51,350 bases of DNA from Polyangia bacterium. GTDB taxonomy: Bacteria > Myxococcota_A > Polyangia > Fen-1088. The stretch spans positions 1 to 51,350 of the forward strand of contig DATBHU010000168.1 in assembly GCA_036557265.1 (NCBI GenBank), in the 5' to 3' direction. The position numbers were made by a program, and so were the translations under genes. Shown piece by piece: positions 40,377-51,278 of this stretch. The notes beneath the pieces were generated by a model. That model made no database searches. It had not been told where the DNA came from and saw nothing but the letters and a program-made list of their open reading frames with translations. Position 1 is the stretch's first letter; every line of letters begins with the position of its first letter.

Positions 40377-42875
40377 ATGTCGACCAGCGTCGCGCCGCCG
40401 AACCAATCACCCCTCACTCCTTCCCCGGCGCCGCCGCCGGCGCCACCCGAGCTCTCCGGCTTCTGGGCGGTGGCGATCCTGCTGTGCGGCGTCCTGCTGC
40501 CCGCGATCACGATCCTCGTCGAGGCGCTGACGCACCTGTGCGCGGACGTGCTGTTCGATCCGCTGCCGAGCGTCGCCCACGTCTTCGCGCTGGCGACGGT
40601 GCCGCTGGCGAGCCTGTTCTCCCTGCGCGCGCTCCAGCGCCGCGACGGCGCGCACCTCGACGCGATCCTGTTCGCGCAGGCGTTCGCCGCGGCGGTGTCG
40701 GGCGTCTACGCGCTGCTGTTCGCGCCGGTCACGCCGCTCGCGGCGGTCGCGATCGCGGCCTGGGGGCTGGGCTTCCTGCCGCTGTCGCCGCTGCTGTCGT
40801 GCATCGCCGGCCTGCGCGCGCTGTTCGCGCTGCGCCGCCTGCGGGCCGGGCTGGGGCGCCCGCCGCGGCGCCTGGCGTGGGGCGGGTTCGCCGCCGGTGT
40901 CGTCGCGCTGGTGGCGCTGAACGTCCCGGCGCTGGTGACGCGCGTGCTGCTGGTGCGGGCGGCTGCCGACGACCCGGCGGTCAGCCGTTCGGCGATCACC
41001 TGGCTGCGCCGCATCGGCGAACGCGATCTGTTGCTGCGGGCGGCGGCCGGCCGCGCGCACGGCGAGATGGACCTCGTCGGCGCCGCGCTGGACGTGGTGG
41101 CGCCGATCCCGCGCGACAAGACCCGCGAGATCTACTTCCGCGTCACGGGACGGCCGATCGAGGACGAGACGCCGCCGCGATTCGGGGGCAGCCCCTTCAA
41201 CCTCCCCGACCGGCGCTGGGACGTGAAGCAGGGCGGCGACGAGGTGGGCGTGGTCGCGCTGCCGGGGCTGTCGCTGGCCAGCTCGCGCTTCGACGGATCG
41301 GTCGACGCGCAGGCGGCGCTCGCCTACGTCGAATGGACGTTCGAGCTGCGCAACGCGGCGCCGATGGCGCGGGAGGCGCGCGCCGAGCTGGCGCTGCCGC
41401 CGGGCGGCGTCGTGTCGCGCGTGACGCTCTGGATCGACGGCGTCGAGCATGAGGCGGCGTTCGCCGGGCGCGACACCACGCGCCGCGCCTACGAGCGCGT
41501 GGTGCGCGCGCGCCGCGATCCGATCCTGGTGACGACCAGCGCGCCCGACCGCGTGCTGGTGCAGTGCTTCCCGGTGCAGGGGAACGGCGGCGTGATGAAG
41601 GCGCGCATCGGCATCACCGCGCCGCTGCAGCTGGCGGGTCTCGGCGCCGGCACGCTGGGGCTGCCCTACATCACCCAGCGGAACTTCGACGTCCCGGCCG
41701 GCGTCACGCACGCGATCTGGATCGCCAGCAAGAGCCCGTTCGCGGCGCCGGCGGCGCCGCTCGTGCGCGGGCAGGTCGCGGACGGCGAGGAGGTGCGCGG
41801 GAAGCTGGCCGAGCCTGCCACGCCGGCGCCGTTCGCGGCGGTGACGGTGCAGCGGCCGGCGGCGGCGACGGCGGCGTGGGCGCCCGAGCGCGCGAGCAAG
41901 GACGTCGCCTCGCGCGACGGGATCATCCGCCAGACGCTGCAGGCCGTGACGGCCGAGCCGCCGTCGCGCCTGGTGATCGTCGTCGACGGCGGAAGCGCCA
42001 TGAAGCAGGCCGGCGCGGTGGTGGGCGACGTCGTCAAGGCGCTCCCCGCCGGCGTCCCGCTGGCGATAGAGATCGCGGGCGACGAGGTGATCGACCTGCT
42101 CGGCGGCGTCGTGCGCGCCGGCGAGCCCGCCGCCGACCCCGACCACGTCGCGCGCGCCCTGCGCGCGCTCGACTTCGCGGGCGGCACGGACAGCCTGCCC
42201 GCGCTGGCGGCGGCCTCGGATCTGGCGGCGGCGGCGCCGCGCGGCGCGGTGCTCTGGATTCACGGCCCGCAGTCGATGCTGGTGGCGCCTGCCGAGGAGC
42301 TGCGCCAGCGCATGGAACGCCGCAAGGACGGCCCGATCGTCTACACGTACGCGGCGGTCGGCGGCGAGAACCGGCTGCTGGCCGGGCTGGCCGACCTGCC
42401 GAACTTCAAGGCGGCGCCGCGCTACCTGCCGGGCGACGCGGACCTGCCGCCGTTCGTGGCCGAGCTGGCGGGGCGGAGCCCGCGCATCGTCGCGCTCCGC
42501 GCGCGGGCGGCGGCGGCGCGCCCCGCCGCGCTCGACGGCGTCGAGACCTCCGACCACCTGGCGCGGCTGTGGGCGGCGGATCGCATCGACGCGCTCCTGC
42601 ACCCGGCGTCCGGCGCGCCGGCTGGCCCGGCGGAGCAGAAGGAGGCGCTCGCGCTCGCCGCTCAGTATCACCTGGTGACCGCGGTCAGCGGCGCCGTCGT
42701 GCTCGACAGCCAGGCCGCCACCGACGCGGTCGCCGGCAGCGACGCCGCCCAGGCGAACGTCCCGACCGTCCCCGAGCCCGAGACCTGGGCGCTGCTCGGG
42801 CTGGTCGCGCTGGTGCTCGCGCTCGCGCTGCGCGCGCGGCGGCGGATGCCGGCCGGAGGCGCGCTTGCCCGCTGA
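40377..42875 (+). CDS. Polytopic membrane protein with VIT-like and vWA-like domains and a C-terminal PEP-CTERM sorting signal
   Basis: There are about five N-terminal TM helices. The VIT-like block is VEWTFELRNAAPMAREARAELALPPGGVVSRVTLWIDGVEHEAAFAGRDTTRRAYERVV. The vWA-like block is LVIVVDGGSAMKQ...LDFAGGTDSLPAL. The tail VPEPETWALLGLVALVLALALRARRR (nt 42768..42872) is PEP, then a TM helix, then an Arg cluster. Confidence 0.85.
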   Translation: MSTSVAPPNQSPLTPSPAPPPAPPELSGFWAVAILLCGVLLPAITILVEALTHLCADVLFDPLPSVAHVFALATVPLASLFSLRALQRRDGAHLDAILFAQAFAAAVSGVYALLFAPVTPLAAVAIAAWGLGFLPLSPLLSCIAGLRALFALRRLRAGLGRPPRRLAWGGFAAGVVALVALNVPALVTRVLLVRAAADDPAVSRSAITWLRRIGERDLLLRAAAGRAHGEMDLVGAALDVVAPIPRDKTREIYFRVTGRPIEDETPPRFGGSPFNLPDRRWDVKQGGDEVGVVALPGLSLASSRFDGSVDAQAALAYVEWTFELRNAAPMAREARAELALPPGGVVSRVTLWIDGVEHEAAFAGRDTTRRAYERVVRARRDPILVTTSAPDRVLVQCFPVQGNGGVMKARIGITAPLQLAGLGAGTLGLPYITQRNFDVPAGVTHAIWIASKSPFAAPAAPLVRGQVADGEEVRGKLAEPATPAPFAAVTVQRPAAATAAWAPERASKDVASRDGIIRQTLQAVTAEPPSRLVIVVDGGSAMKQAGAVVGDVVKALPAGVPLAIEIAGDEVIDLLGGVVRAGEPAADPDHVARALRALDFAGGTDSLPALAAASDLAAAAPRGAVLWIHGPQSMLVAPAEELRQRMERRKDGPIVYTYAAVGGENRLLAGLADLPNFKAAPRYLPGDADLPPFVAELAGRSPRIVALRARAAAARPAALDGVETSDHLARLWAADRIDALLHPASGAPAGPAEQKEALALAAQYHLVTAVSGAVVLDSQAATDAVAGSDAAQANVPTVPEPETWALLGLVALVLALALRARRRMPAGGALAR

Positions 42876-43689
42876 CCGACACGGGCGCGCACGCGCGGCG
42901 GTGCTGGTCGCGACGGCGCTCGCCTGCTGGCCGGTCTGGCCGTGGTACGCGGCGCGCCTCGGCGACTCCGCCGATGATCTCGCCGCCCTCGCCGCGCTGC
43001 TGCTCGTCGTGGTGCTGCCCGCCCGGACCCCCGGCGCCGCGGCCGCTCCCGCGCCGGTCGGCGCGCGCGCGCTGCTGCCGTCGTCGATCGCGCTCGCCGC
43101 CTACGCCGCCAGCTTCCCGTTCGTCCCGCGCCTCGCCAGCGCGCTGCTCGCGTTCCTGGCGCTCGGCTTCGCGTGGTCGCTGTGGCGCCACGGAACGCCG
43201 TTCCGGCCGTGGACGGTGGGCCTCGGGCTGCTCGCCCTGCCGATGGCGTCCTCGCTGCAGTTCTACCTCGGCTACCCGCTGCGCATCGCGAGCGGCTGCG
43301 TCGCGCTGGTCTTGCTTCGCCTGGGCGGCGCCGCCGTCGCGCGCGAGGGCGTCTACCTGCGCGCCGGCGGCGACCTCGTGATGATCGACGCCCCGTGCAG
43401 CGGCATGCGCACGCTGTGGGCGGCCCTGCTGCTCGCCTGCTGCCTGGCCGCGCTGCTCCGGCTGCGGGCGCGCGCGTCGCTGCTCGCCATCGCCGCGGCC
43501 GTCGTGCTCGCGATCGCCGGCAACGGCCTGCGCACGGCGGCGCTGTTCTGGGCGGACGTCAACCTGGCCGGTCTCCCCGCCTCGTCGCACGCGGGCGTCG
43601 GCGTGGTCGCGTTCGCGATGCTGGCCGGCGGCCTGTACGCCGTCGCGCGCGCCCTCGCCGCGCGGGAGGCACGCGCGTGCGCGCGCTGA
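42865..43689 (+). CDS. Exosortase-family transpeptidase (short form, 274 aa)
   Basis: The protein is multi-TM and has the family signature residues in order: Cys in MIDAPCSGMRTLW, Arg in IAGNGLRTAALF, and His in SSHAGVGVVAF. The start (TTG 42865 or a downstream GTG) overlaps the cargo gene stop. Confidence 0.85.
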   Translation: MPADRHGRARAAVLVATALACWPVWPWYAARLGDSADDLAALAALLLVVVLPARTPGAAAAPAPVGARALLPSSIALAAYAASFPFVPRLASALLAFLALGFAWSLWRHGTPFRPWTVGLGLLALPMASSLQFYLGYPLRIASGCVALVLLRLGGAAVAREGVYLRAGGDLVMIDAPCSGMRTLWAALLLACCLAALLRLRARASLLAIAAAVVLAIAGNGLRTAALFWADVNLAGLPASSHAGVGVVAFAMLAGGLYAVARALAAREARACAR

Positions 43690-44192
43690 TCGTCTACCTG
43701 GTGCCGTGCGCGCTCGCCGCCGCGGCGCCGCTGCTTCCCCGCCCGTCGCGCGCGCAGCCGGCGGCGGCGACCGCGACGGCGTTCGCCTGGCCGGCGCGAT
43801 TCGAAGGACGCGCGCTGACCGAGCTGCCGCTGACCGGCCGCGATCGCCGCTTCGCCGACGACTTCCCCGGCCACATCGGCCGCTTCAGCGACGGCGCCCG
43901 CGAGATCATCCTGCGCTTCACCGCGCGCGCCACGCGCCGCCTGCACCCGGCCGCCGACTGCCTGCGGGCGAGCGGCTTCACGGTCGAGCCCCTGCCCGCC
44001 CGCCGCGGCCCCGACGGCGCCGCCTGGGGCTGCATCGCCGCGCGCAAGCAGGCCGACGACCTCCTCGTCTGCGAACAGATCCGCGACGCCGACGGCCGCA
44101 CCTGGCCCGACCCATCCAGCTGGTACTGGCCCGCCCTCACCGGCGCCAGCCGCGGGCCCTGGTGGAGCACGACGATCGTCGAGCGCCGCTAG
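43677..44192 (+). CDS. EpsI-like exosortase-associated protein (171 aa)
   Basis: This is the inner part of ORF 43173..44192, with GTG 43677 thirteen nt before the exosortase stop. The signal peptide is VRALIVYLVPCALAAAAP. LHPAADCLRASGFTV resembles the HSPxxCLPGxGW motif I associate with EpsI domains. Confidence 0.6.
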   Translation: MRALIVYLVPCALAAAAPLLPRPSRAQPAAATATAFAWPARFEGRALTELPLTGRDRRFADDFPGHIGRFSDGAREIILRFTARATRRLHPAADCLRASGFTVEPLPARRGPDGAAWGCIAARKQADDLLVCEQIRDADGRTWPDPSSWYWPALTGASRGPWWSTTIVERR

Positions 44193-44221
44193 CGGGCGCC
44201 CTTCCGGGCGGCCGGATGTCG

Positions 44222-44227
44222 TACAAT
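44222..44227 (+). promoter_or_regulatory. -10-like TACAAT in the 55-nt gap before the RDD gene
   Basis: TACAAT lies 20 nt upstream of GTG 44248 and is followed by GGGAGAAG (SD-like). Only a weak -35 (CTTCCG) is present at suboptimal spacing. Confidence 0.3.
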
Positions 44228-44247
44228 GACGGCCGCGGGAGAAGCGG

Positions 44248-45102
44248 GTGGCACTGGACAACACCGCCGAGGTCGAGACGCCCGAGCATGTGCGTTTCCG
44301 CTACCGCGTGGCGGGGCCGGTGCGCCGCATGCTCGCCTACCTGCTCGACCTCCTGATCCGCGGCTGCGTGCTGCTGGTGCTCGGCATCATCGTCGGCATC
44401 GCGCTCGGCGGGCCGGCGGTCTCGGGCGTGATGCTGCTGGCCGCGTTCATCCTCGAATGGGGCTACTACGTCTTCTTCGAGACCATCGGCGACGGCCGCT
44501 CGCCCGGAAAGCGCGCGCTCTCGTTGCGCGTCGTCAAGGAGGGCGGCTACCCGATCGGGTTCATCGACAGCGTGCTGCGCAACCTGCTGCGCGGCGCGGA
44601 CTTCCTCCCGGTCGGCTACCTGATCGGGCTGTTCGCGATGGCGGGCGATTCGCGCTTCCGCCGGCTGGGGGACCGCGTCGCGGGCACCATGGTCGTCGTC
44701 GAGGAGCGCAGCCGCGTCGCCCCGCCGCTGACAATCTCGCCGCCGCCCACCGCGGCCGAGCTGGACGGCCTGCCCCAGCGCCCGCCCCTGTCGGCGTGGG
44801 AGCGCGAGACGCTCGAGCTCTACCTGCGCCGCGCCGACCTGACGCCGGCCCGCCGCGAGGAGCTGGCGCAGATGATCGCGCCCGCGCTCGGCCAGCGCAT
44901 CGGCGTCATCGTCCGCGATCCGGTCCGCTTCCTGGCGCTGCTCCACCACCGCATCGCCGCCAGCGCGCGGCCGCGCGCCGATCGCCCGGGCACGCCGCGC
45001 GCCGGAGATGAGGGTGTATCGCGTGGGGCGCAGCTGGGCTTTGCCCAGCGGAGCCCCGTCGCGGGGGGTCCGGGGCCCTCCCAGGGTCCCGGGGTGAACT
45101 GA
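44248..45102 (+). CDS. RDD-family membrane protein
   Basis: The blocks VRRMLAYLLDLLIRGCVL, SPGKRALSLRVV and RRLGDRVAGTMVV are typical of RDD domains. A C-terminal soluble extension is present. Confidence 0.85.
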   Translation: MALDNTAEVETPEHVRFRYRVAGPVRRMLAYLLDLLIRGCVLLVLGIIVGIALGGPAVSGVMLLAAFILEWGYYVFFETIGDGRSPGKRALSLRVVKEGGYPIGFIDSVLRNLLRGADFLPVGYLIGLFAMAGDSRFRRLGDRVAGTMVVVEERSRVAPPLTISPPPTAAELDGLPQRPPLSAWERETLELYLRRADLTPARREELAQMIAPALGQRIGVIVRDPVRFLALLHHRIAASARPRADRPGTPRAGDEGVSRGAQLGFAQRSPVAGGPGPSQGPGVN

Positions 45103-45103
45103 C

Positions 45104-46105
45104 ATGCGCCCGCAGGACGAATTCGTCGCCGCCCGCCAGCAGGACTGGGCCGAGCTCGAGCAGCTGCTCGCGGCCGGCAAGGGGCTGCGCAAGCTGCCGC
45201 CCGCGTCGATCGCGCGCGCCGCCGCGATCTATCGCGCCGTCTCCTCCGACCTGATGCGCGCCCAGGCGGCCGGCTACAGCCCCGACGTCATCGCCCTGCT
45301 CGACGGCCTGGCCGCGCGCGCGCACAACACGCTGTACAGCGCGCCGCCCTACCGGCTGCGCGCGGTGTGGGAGCTGATCGCCGCCGACTTCCCGCGCACG
45401 CTGCGCCGCTACGGGCGCTTCTTCGCGCTCGCCATCGCGCTGTTCGTGCTGCCCGGCGTGGTCGGCTTCACGGGCGCCGTCAAGTCGCGCGCCTTCGCGC
45501 TGCGCATCCTGTCGCCGCCCATGGTCGAACAGATGGAGAAGGCCTACGCCGAGGGGTTCGGCAAGGGGCGCGAGGCCGGCGTCGACACCGCCATGGCCGG
45601 GTTCTACGTCTACAACAACGTCGGCATCGCGTTCCGCTGCTTCGCCACCGGCGTGCTGTTCGGCCTCGGCAGCCTGTTTTTTCTCGTCTACAACGGCCTG
45701 GTGATCGGGTCCGTCGCCGGCCTGGTCACCGCCGCCGGACACGGCCGGAATCTGCTGACGTTCACCTGCACGCACGGCGCCTTCGAGCTGACCGCCATCG
45801 TCATCTCGGCGACCGCCGGCCTGGTGATGGGCTACGCGCTGGTCGACACGCGCGGCCGCACCCGCTTCGGATCGCTGCGCGCGCACGCGCGCGACGTCGC
45901 CTACCTGGTGATGGGCGCCGCGCTGATGCTGCTGGTGGCGGCCGGCATCGAGGCGTTCTGGTCGCCCTCGGCGCTGCCCGAGCGCGTGAAGTGGGGCGGC
46001 GCCGTGACCGCCTACCTGCTGGTGATCTGCTACCTGGCGCTGGCCGGCCGCGACGGGGCCGGCGCCGCGCCCGCCCGCGCGCCCCGCCCGGAGGCGCGCC
46101 CGTGA
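45104..46105 (+). CDS. SpoIIM-like (stage II sporulation protein M / DUF95) membrane protein
   Basis: NNVGIAFRCFATGVLFGLGSLFFLVYNG and THGAFELTAIVISATAG match the family pattern. ATG lies 1 nt after the RDD stop. Confidence 0.85.
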   Translation: MRPQDEFVAARQQDWAELEQLLAAGKGLRKLPPASIARAAAIYRAVSSDLMRAQAAGYSPDVIALLDGLAARAHNTLYSAPPYRLRAVWELIAADFPRTLRRYGRFFALAIALFVLPGVVGFTGAVKSRAFALRILSPPMVEQMEKAYAEGFGKGREAGVDTAMAGFYVYNNVGIAFRCFATGVLFGLGSLFFLVYNGLVIGSVAGLVTAAGHGRNLLTFTCTHGAFELTAIVISATAGLVMGYALVDTRGRTRFGSLRAHARDVAYLVMGAALMLLVAAGIEAFWSPSALPERVKWGGAVTAYLLVICYLALAGRDGAGAAPARAPRPEARP

Positions 46106-46884
46106 ACCTGCTCGCCTCGCGCGTCGTGCTGCGCCAGCGCTCGCTGGCGGACTCGCTCGACCTGGCGCTGCCGCTCTGCCTGGCGAACAGGCGCCCGCTC
46201 GGCGTGCTGGCGCTGGTGATGCTCACCCCGCTGGCGGCGCTGCTCGGCTTCCTGCGCATCGGCCAGCACTGGCACTGGCCGGCGCTGTGGGCGATCTGCC
46301 TGGTGGCGTCGTTCCTGGTCGAGGGCGTCTTCACGGTCGCCCTCGGCGAGCTGCTGTTCAAACCGCCGGCCGAGGCGCGCGTGCGCACGTTCGTGGCGCG
46401 CTTCCTGCGCCGGCTGCCGGCGCTGGTCGTCGCCAACGTCCTGCGCTGGATCGCGGCCACCGCCACGCTGGCGATCCTGGCGCCGGGCAGCATCTTCCTG
46501 CCCGAGGCGATGCTGCTGGAGGGCGCGTCGTTCAGCCGGGCCTGGACCCGCAGCCGCGCGCTGGCGCGCAACCGGGGCGGCGTCTGCTTCGGCATCTGGC
46601 TGACCACGCTCGCGCTGCCGGTGGTCGGCGCGATCTCGATGGACCTGCTGTGCAACACCGGCGTCGGCTTCGTGCTGCAGCTCGGCCTCCCGGCCGGCGA
46701 GCTGTGGACCGACGGCGGCTCGGGCTTCGCCGTGCTGGGCGCGCTGCTCGCGGTGCCGGTGGTGGCGGCGGTGCGCTTCCTCGGCTACGTCGACCTGCGC
46801 ACGCGCAAGGAGGGGTGGGACATCCAGCTGCGGTTCGTGGCGCTCGCCGAGCAGAGCGCGCTGGGACGAAGGCGCGCCGCGTGA
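46102..46884 (+). CDS. Multi-pass membrane protein of unknown function
   Basis: This is the inner part of ORF 45367..46884. Its GTG overlaps the upstream TGA (GTGA). It has about six hydrophobic helices and ends in RTRKEGWDIQLRF. Confidence 0.65.
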   Translation: MNLLASRVVLRQRSLADSLDLALPLCLANRRPLGVLALVMLTPLAALLGFLRIGQHWHWPALWAICLVASFLVEGVFTVALGELLFKPPAEARVRTFVARFLRRLPALVVANVLRWIAATATLAILAPGSIFLPEAMLLEGASFSRAWTRSRALARNRGGVCFGIWLTTLALPVVGAISMDLLCNTGVGFVLQLGLPAGELWTDGGSGFAVLGALLAVPVVAAVRFLGYVDLRTRKEGWDIQLRFVALAEQSALGRRRAA

Positions 46885-48964
46885 CCGGCGCCTCCTGCCT
46901 GCTGTTCGCGCTGGCCGCGACGGCGCCCGCGACCGCGACCACCGCCGGGCCCGCGCCCGCCGCCACCGTGGCCGGGGCGGAGGCGTTCCCGCGCAAGGAG
47001 GTGCCGCCGCTGGTCAAGGAGGTGTTCGCGGACGGCTTTCGCTTCTGCAAGGACGAGAGCTATCCGCTGACCAGCGACGAGCTGAAGTGGTGTCAGCTGC
47101 TGCCCAGGGACGACGCCCGCTGCCCCGCGCTGGCGCGCGCCTGCACCCGCGGCGCGACCGGCGAGCTCTACGGCCAGCGCGCGCGCCGGCAGAACGAGAC
47201 GACGATCTCGCTGCCGTCGTCGCCGCTGCCGATCCGGGCGCTGCTCTGGATCGTGCTGGCGGCGGTGGTGGCGTTCATCGTGCATGCCATCGTCAAGCAC
47301 GCGCTCGGACAGCGCGCGCCCGAGCGCGAGGAGGCGGTCGAGATCGCCACCGCCGCCCCGGAGGATCCCGCCGCGGCGATCGCCCGCCAGGTCGAGACCG
47401 ACGTCCAGCGCCTGCTGGAGCGCGCCCGCGCGGCGGCCGGGGCGGGCGACTTCGGCGCCGCCGTCGACGACGCCTACGCGGCGCTGCTGCGCAAGCTGGA
47501 GGGCGGGAACGTCATCAGCGTCGAATCGCACCGCACCAACGGCGACCACGTGCGCGACGTCGGCCGCCAGATCCCGACGCTGCGCCCGCGCATGCAGGCC
47601 GTCGTCAACCACGTCGAGGAGGTACAGTTCGGCGGCGCCGCGCCGACCGAGAGCCGCTTCCGCGCCGTGATGAGCGACGTCACCGGCATGCTGTCGGAGA
47701 GGCTGCTGCTCGGGGCCTGGCTGCCGTTCGCGCTCAAGCTGGCGCTGGCGGCGGCGCTGGGCGGCCTCGTGGGCGGCTGCACCGTCAACCGCGACAGCTG
47801 GGATTCGTCGCCCTCGGGGCGCGCCGGCGTCGTCGAGCTGCTGGAGCGCTACGGCTTCAAGCCGCACGATCGCCTGACGCCGCTCGCCAAGCTCGACAGC
47901 ACGGTGGCGTCGCTGGTGGTGCTGCCGGGCGCGAACGTCGACGACGCGGCCTGGACGGCGATCGGGAGCTGGACCGCCGAGGGCGGCACCCTGCTGATCG
48001 CCGGCGGCGAGCGCGCGCTGCCCGCCTGGATCGGCGTCACCATCGCGGGGGACACCAAGGCGGGCGCGGTGTCGGCGCCGCTCACCGTGCCGGCCGGGCA
48101 GAAGGACCGCCTGCCCGCCACCCTGACCGCGGTCGTTCCGTCCCAGCGCGAGGTGCAGATCGCGGCCTCGGTCCCGGCCCGGAGACCGTCGGGCCCAGGC
48201 GGACAAGGTGGACAGGGCGGACGAGGCGGACAGGGCGGGCAAGCGGAAGACGATGACGACGAGGGCGAGGAACAGGCGCCGCCGCCGCCGCCCCTGCTGC
48301 TGCGGGACAAGAAGGTCTACGCCGTCGAGCGGACCTACGAAGGCGGCGGGCGCGCCATCGTGCTGGCCGACGATCGCCTGCTGACCAACGCGTCGCTGCT
48401 GGTCAGCGACAACGCCCGCCTGCTGATCGAGCTGCTGCGCCCGGGGGGGCCGCGCGTGGAGATGGCGGGCGAGCTGACCGGCCTGGTGTCGCACAACCCG
48501 ATGACGTCGGTGCACCGCGGCCGCCTGGCGCCCGCCATGTTGCAGCTCTTGCTGCTGGTGATTCTGTTCTTCGTCTACAAGGGCGCGCACTTCGGGCGGC
48601 CGATCGATCCGATCGCCGCCAGCCGGCGCCGCTTCTCCGAGCACGCGCGCGCGCTCGGCCTGCTCTACGGCCGCAACCGCGCCGGCCGCCACGCGCTGGA
48701 GATCTACGGCAGCTACGCGCTGGAGCGGCTGCGCGACCGCCTCAACCTCTCCGGCGGCAAGGGCATGCTCGCCGTCGCCGAGGAGGTGGCGACGCGGACG
48801 GGCCGGCCGCTCGGCGACGTCATGCGCGTGCTGGTCGAGTCGCGCCCGGTGAAGCGCGAGGCCGACCCGGAGCGCGAGCGGATCGTCCAGGAAGCGAACT
48901 CGGCAAAGGACTTGGCAAGCATGCGGGAGATCGCGACACTGCTTTCCACCACAGGAGGGGCCAG

Positions 48965-48968
<4 letters not shown>
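46881..48968 (+). CDS. Fused DUF4129-like / DUF4350-like membrane protein
   Basis: This is the inner part of ORF 46287..48968. Its GTG overlaps the upstream TGA. The order is signal peptide, TM helix, DUF4129-like block ([12 protein letters not shown]...[15 protein letters not shown]), second TM helix, then DUF4350-like block ([14 protein letters not shown]...[11 protein letters not shown]...GGTLLIAGG). A Gly/acidic/Pro low-complexity insert is present. Confidence 0.7.
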
Positions 48969-49933
<965 letters not shown>

Positions 49934-49955
49934 GCGCGCCCGCCGACCACACCGC

Positions 49956-51278
49956 ATGCCGCTCATCCCGACGCCCCGCCTCGTGCTGCTCGCGCTGGCG
50001 CCGCTCGCGCTCGGGATCGCGATGGCGTTCGACACCACCCTGCTGGTGCCGATGCTGGCGGCGGACGGGGGCCTCGTGCTGCTCGCCCTGCTGGACGCGG
50101 CGCTGGCCAGCGGGCGCTCGGTCGTCGTGGCGCGCGAGCCGCCCGCCGTGCTGTCGGTGGGGCGGGCGAACGCCGTCCGGCTGCAGCTGCGCTCGACGGC
50201 GCGCCGGCCGCTGGAGGTGACCGTCACCGACGATCGTCCGCCCGAGGTGGGGGTGGCCGACCTGCCCGCGCGCGCGACGCTGGCGGCGCGCGGCCGCGCC
50301 ACCGTCACCTATCGCCTCAGCCCGTCGCGGCGCGGCGCGATCGAGCTGGGCGACCACCACGTCCGCTATCCGTCGCCGCTCGGGCTCTGGCAGCGCCAGC
50401 TCCGTCTGCCCGCCCGCCACACGCTGAAGGTCTATCCCGACGTGACCGCCGTGCGCGCCTACGAGCTGCTGGCCCGCCAGAGCCGCGAGAACCTGCTGGT
50501 GCGCGCGGTGCGGCTGCGCGGCGGCGAGAACGAGTTCGAACGGCTGCGCGAGTACGGGCGCGACGACGAGTACCGCAACATCGACTGGAAGGCGACCGCG
50601 CGCCGCGGCCGCCTGATCGTCCGCGAGTACCAGCAAGAGCGCAACCAGACCGTCGTCTGCCTGCTGGATTGCGGGCGGCTGATGACCGCCGAGAGCGACG
50701 GCCTGGCCCAGATGGACCACGCGCTCAACGCGGTGCTGATGCTGGCCCACGTCGCGGCGCGCGGCGGCGACCAGCTGGGCCTGATGGCGTTCGATTCGCG
50801 CGTGCGGACGTACCTGCCGCCGGCCGGGGGGCGCCGCGCCGCCCAGCGCGTCGCGCACGCGATGTACGACGTGCACGCGAACATGGTGGAGACCGACTTC
50901 GAGGGCGCGTTCACCGAGCTGACCAAGCGCCTGCGCAAGCGGGCGCTTGTGGTGCTGTTCACGCAGGTGATCGACGACGTCTCCGCCCAGGCGGTGCTGC
51001 GGCAGGTGCGCAGCCTGCGCCCGCGCCACCTGCCGGTCTGCGTCTTGTTTCGCGACACCGACCTGGACCGGCTGGCGGAGCCGCCCGGGGGCCTCGCCAC
51101 CGCGCCCGAGGGCGAGCTGTTCGTCGCCGGCGCCGCCGCCGAGACGATCCTGTGGCGCGAGCGCCTGGTGCGGGATCTGAAGACCGGAGGGGCGCTGGTG
51201 CTGCACGTGCCGCCGCGGCAGACGACGCCCGCGCTGATCAACCGCTATCTACAGATCAAGGCGCAGCACCTGCTTTGA
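49956..51278 (+). CDS. DUF58-domain protein (vWA-fold partner of MoxR ATPases)
   Basis: Two N-terminal TM helices are followed by FERLREYGRDDEYRNIDWKATARRGRLIVREYQQERNQ and VVCLLDCGRLM, the DUF58 hallmark. Confidence 0.9.
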   Translation: MPLIPTPRLVLLALAPLALGIAMAFDTTLLVPMLAADGGLVLLALLDAALASGRSVVVAREPPAVLSVGRANAVRLQLRSTARRPLEVTVTDDRPPEVGVADLPARATLAARGRATVTYRLSPSRRGAIELGDHHVRYPSPLGLWQRQLRLPARHTLKVYPDVTAVRAYELLARQSRENLLVRAVRLRGGENEFERLREYGRDDEYRNIDWKATARRGRLIVREYQQERNQTVVCLLDCGRLMTAESDGLAQMDHALNAVLMLAHVAARGGDQLGLMAFDSRVRTYLPPAGGRRAAQRVAHAMYDVHANMVETDFEGAFTELTKRLRKRALVVLFTQVIDDVSAQAVLRQVRSLRPRHLPVCVLFRDTDLDRLAEPPGGLATAPEGELFVAGAAAETILWRERLVRDLKTGGALVLHVPPRQTTPALINRYLQIKAQHLL

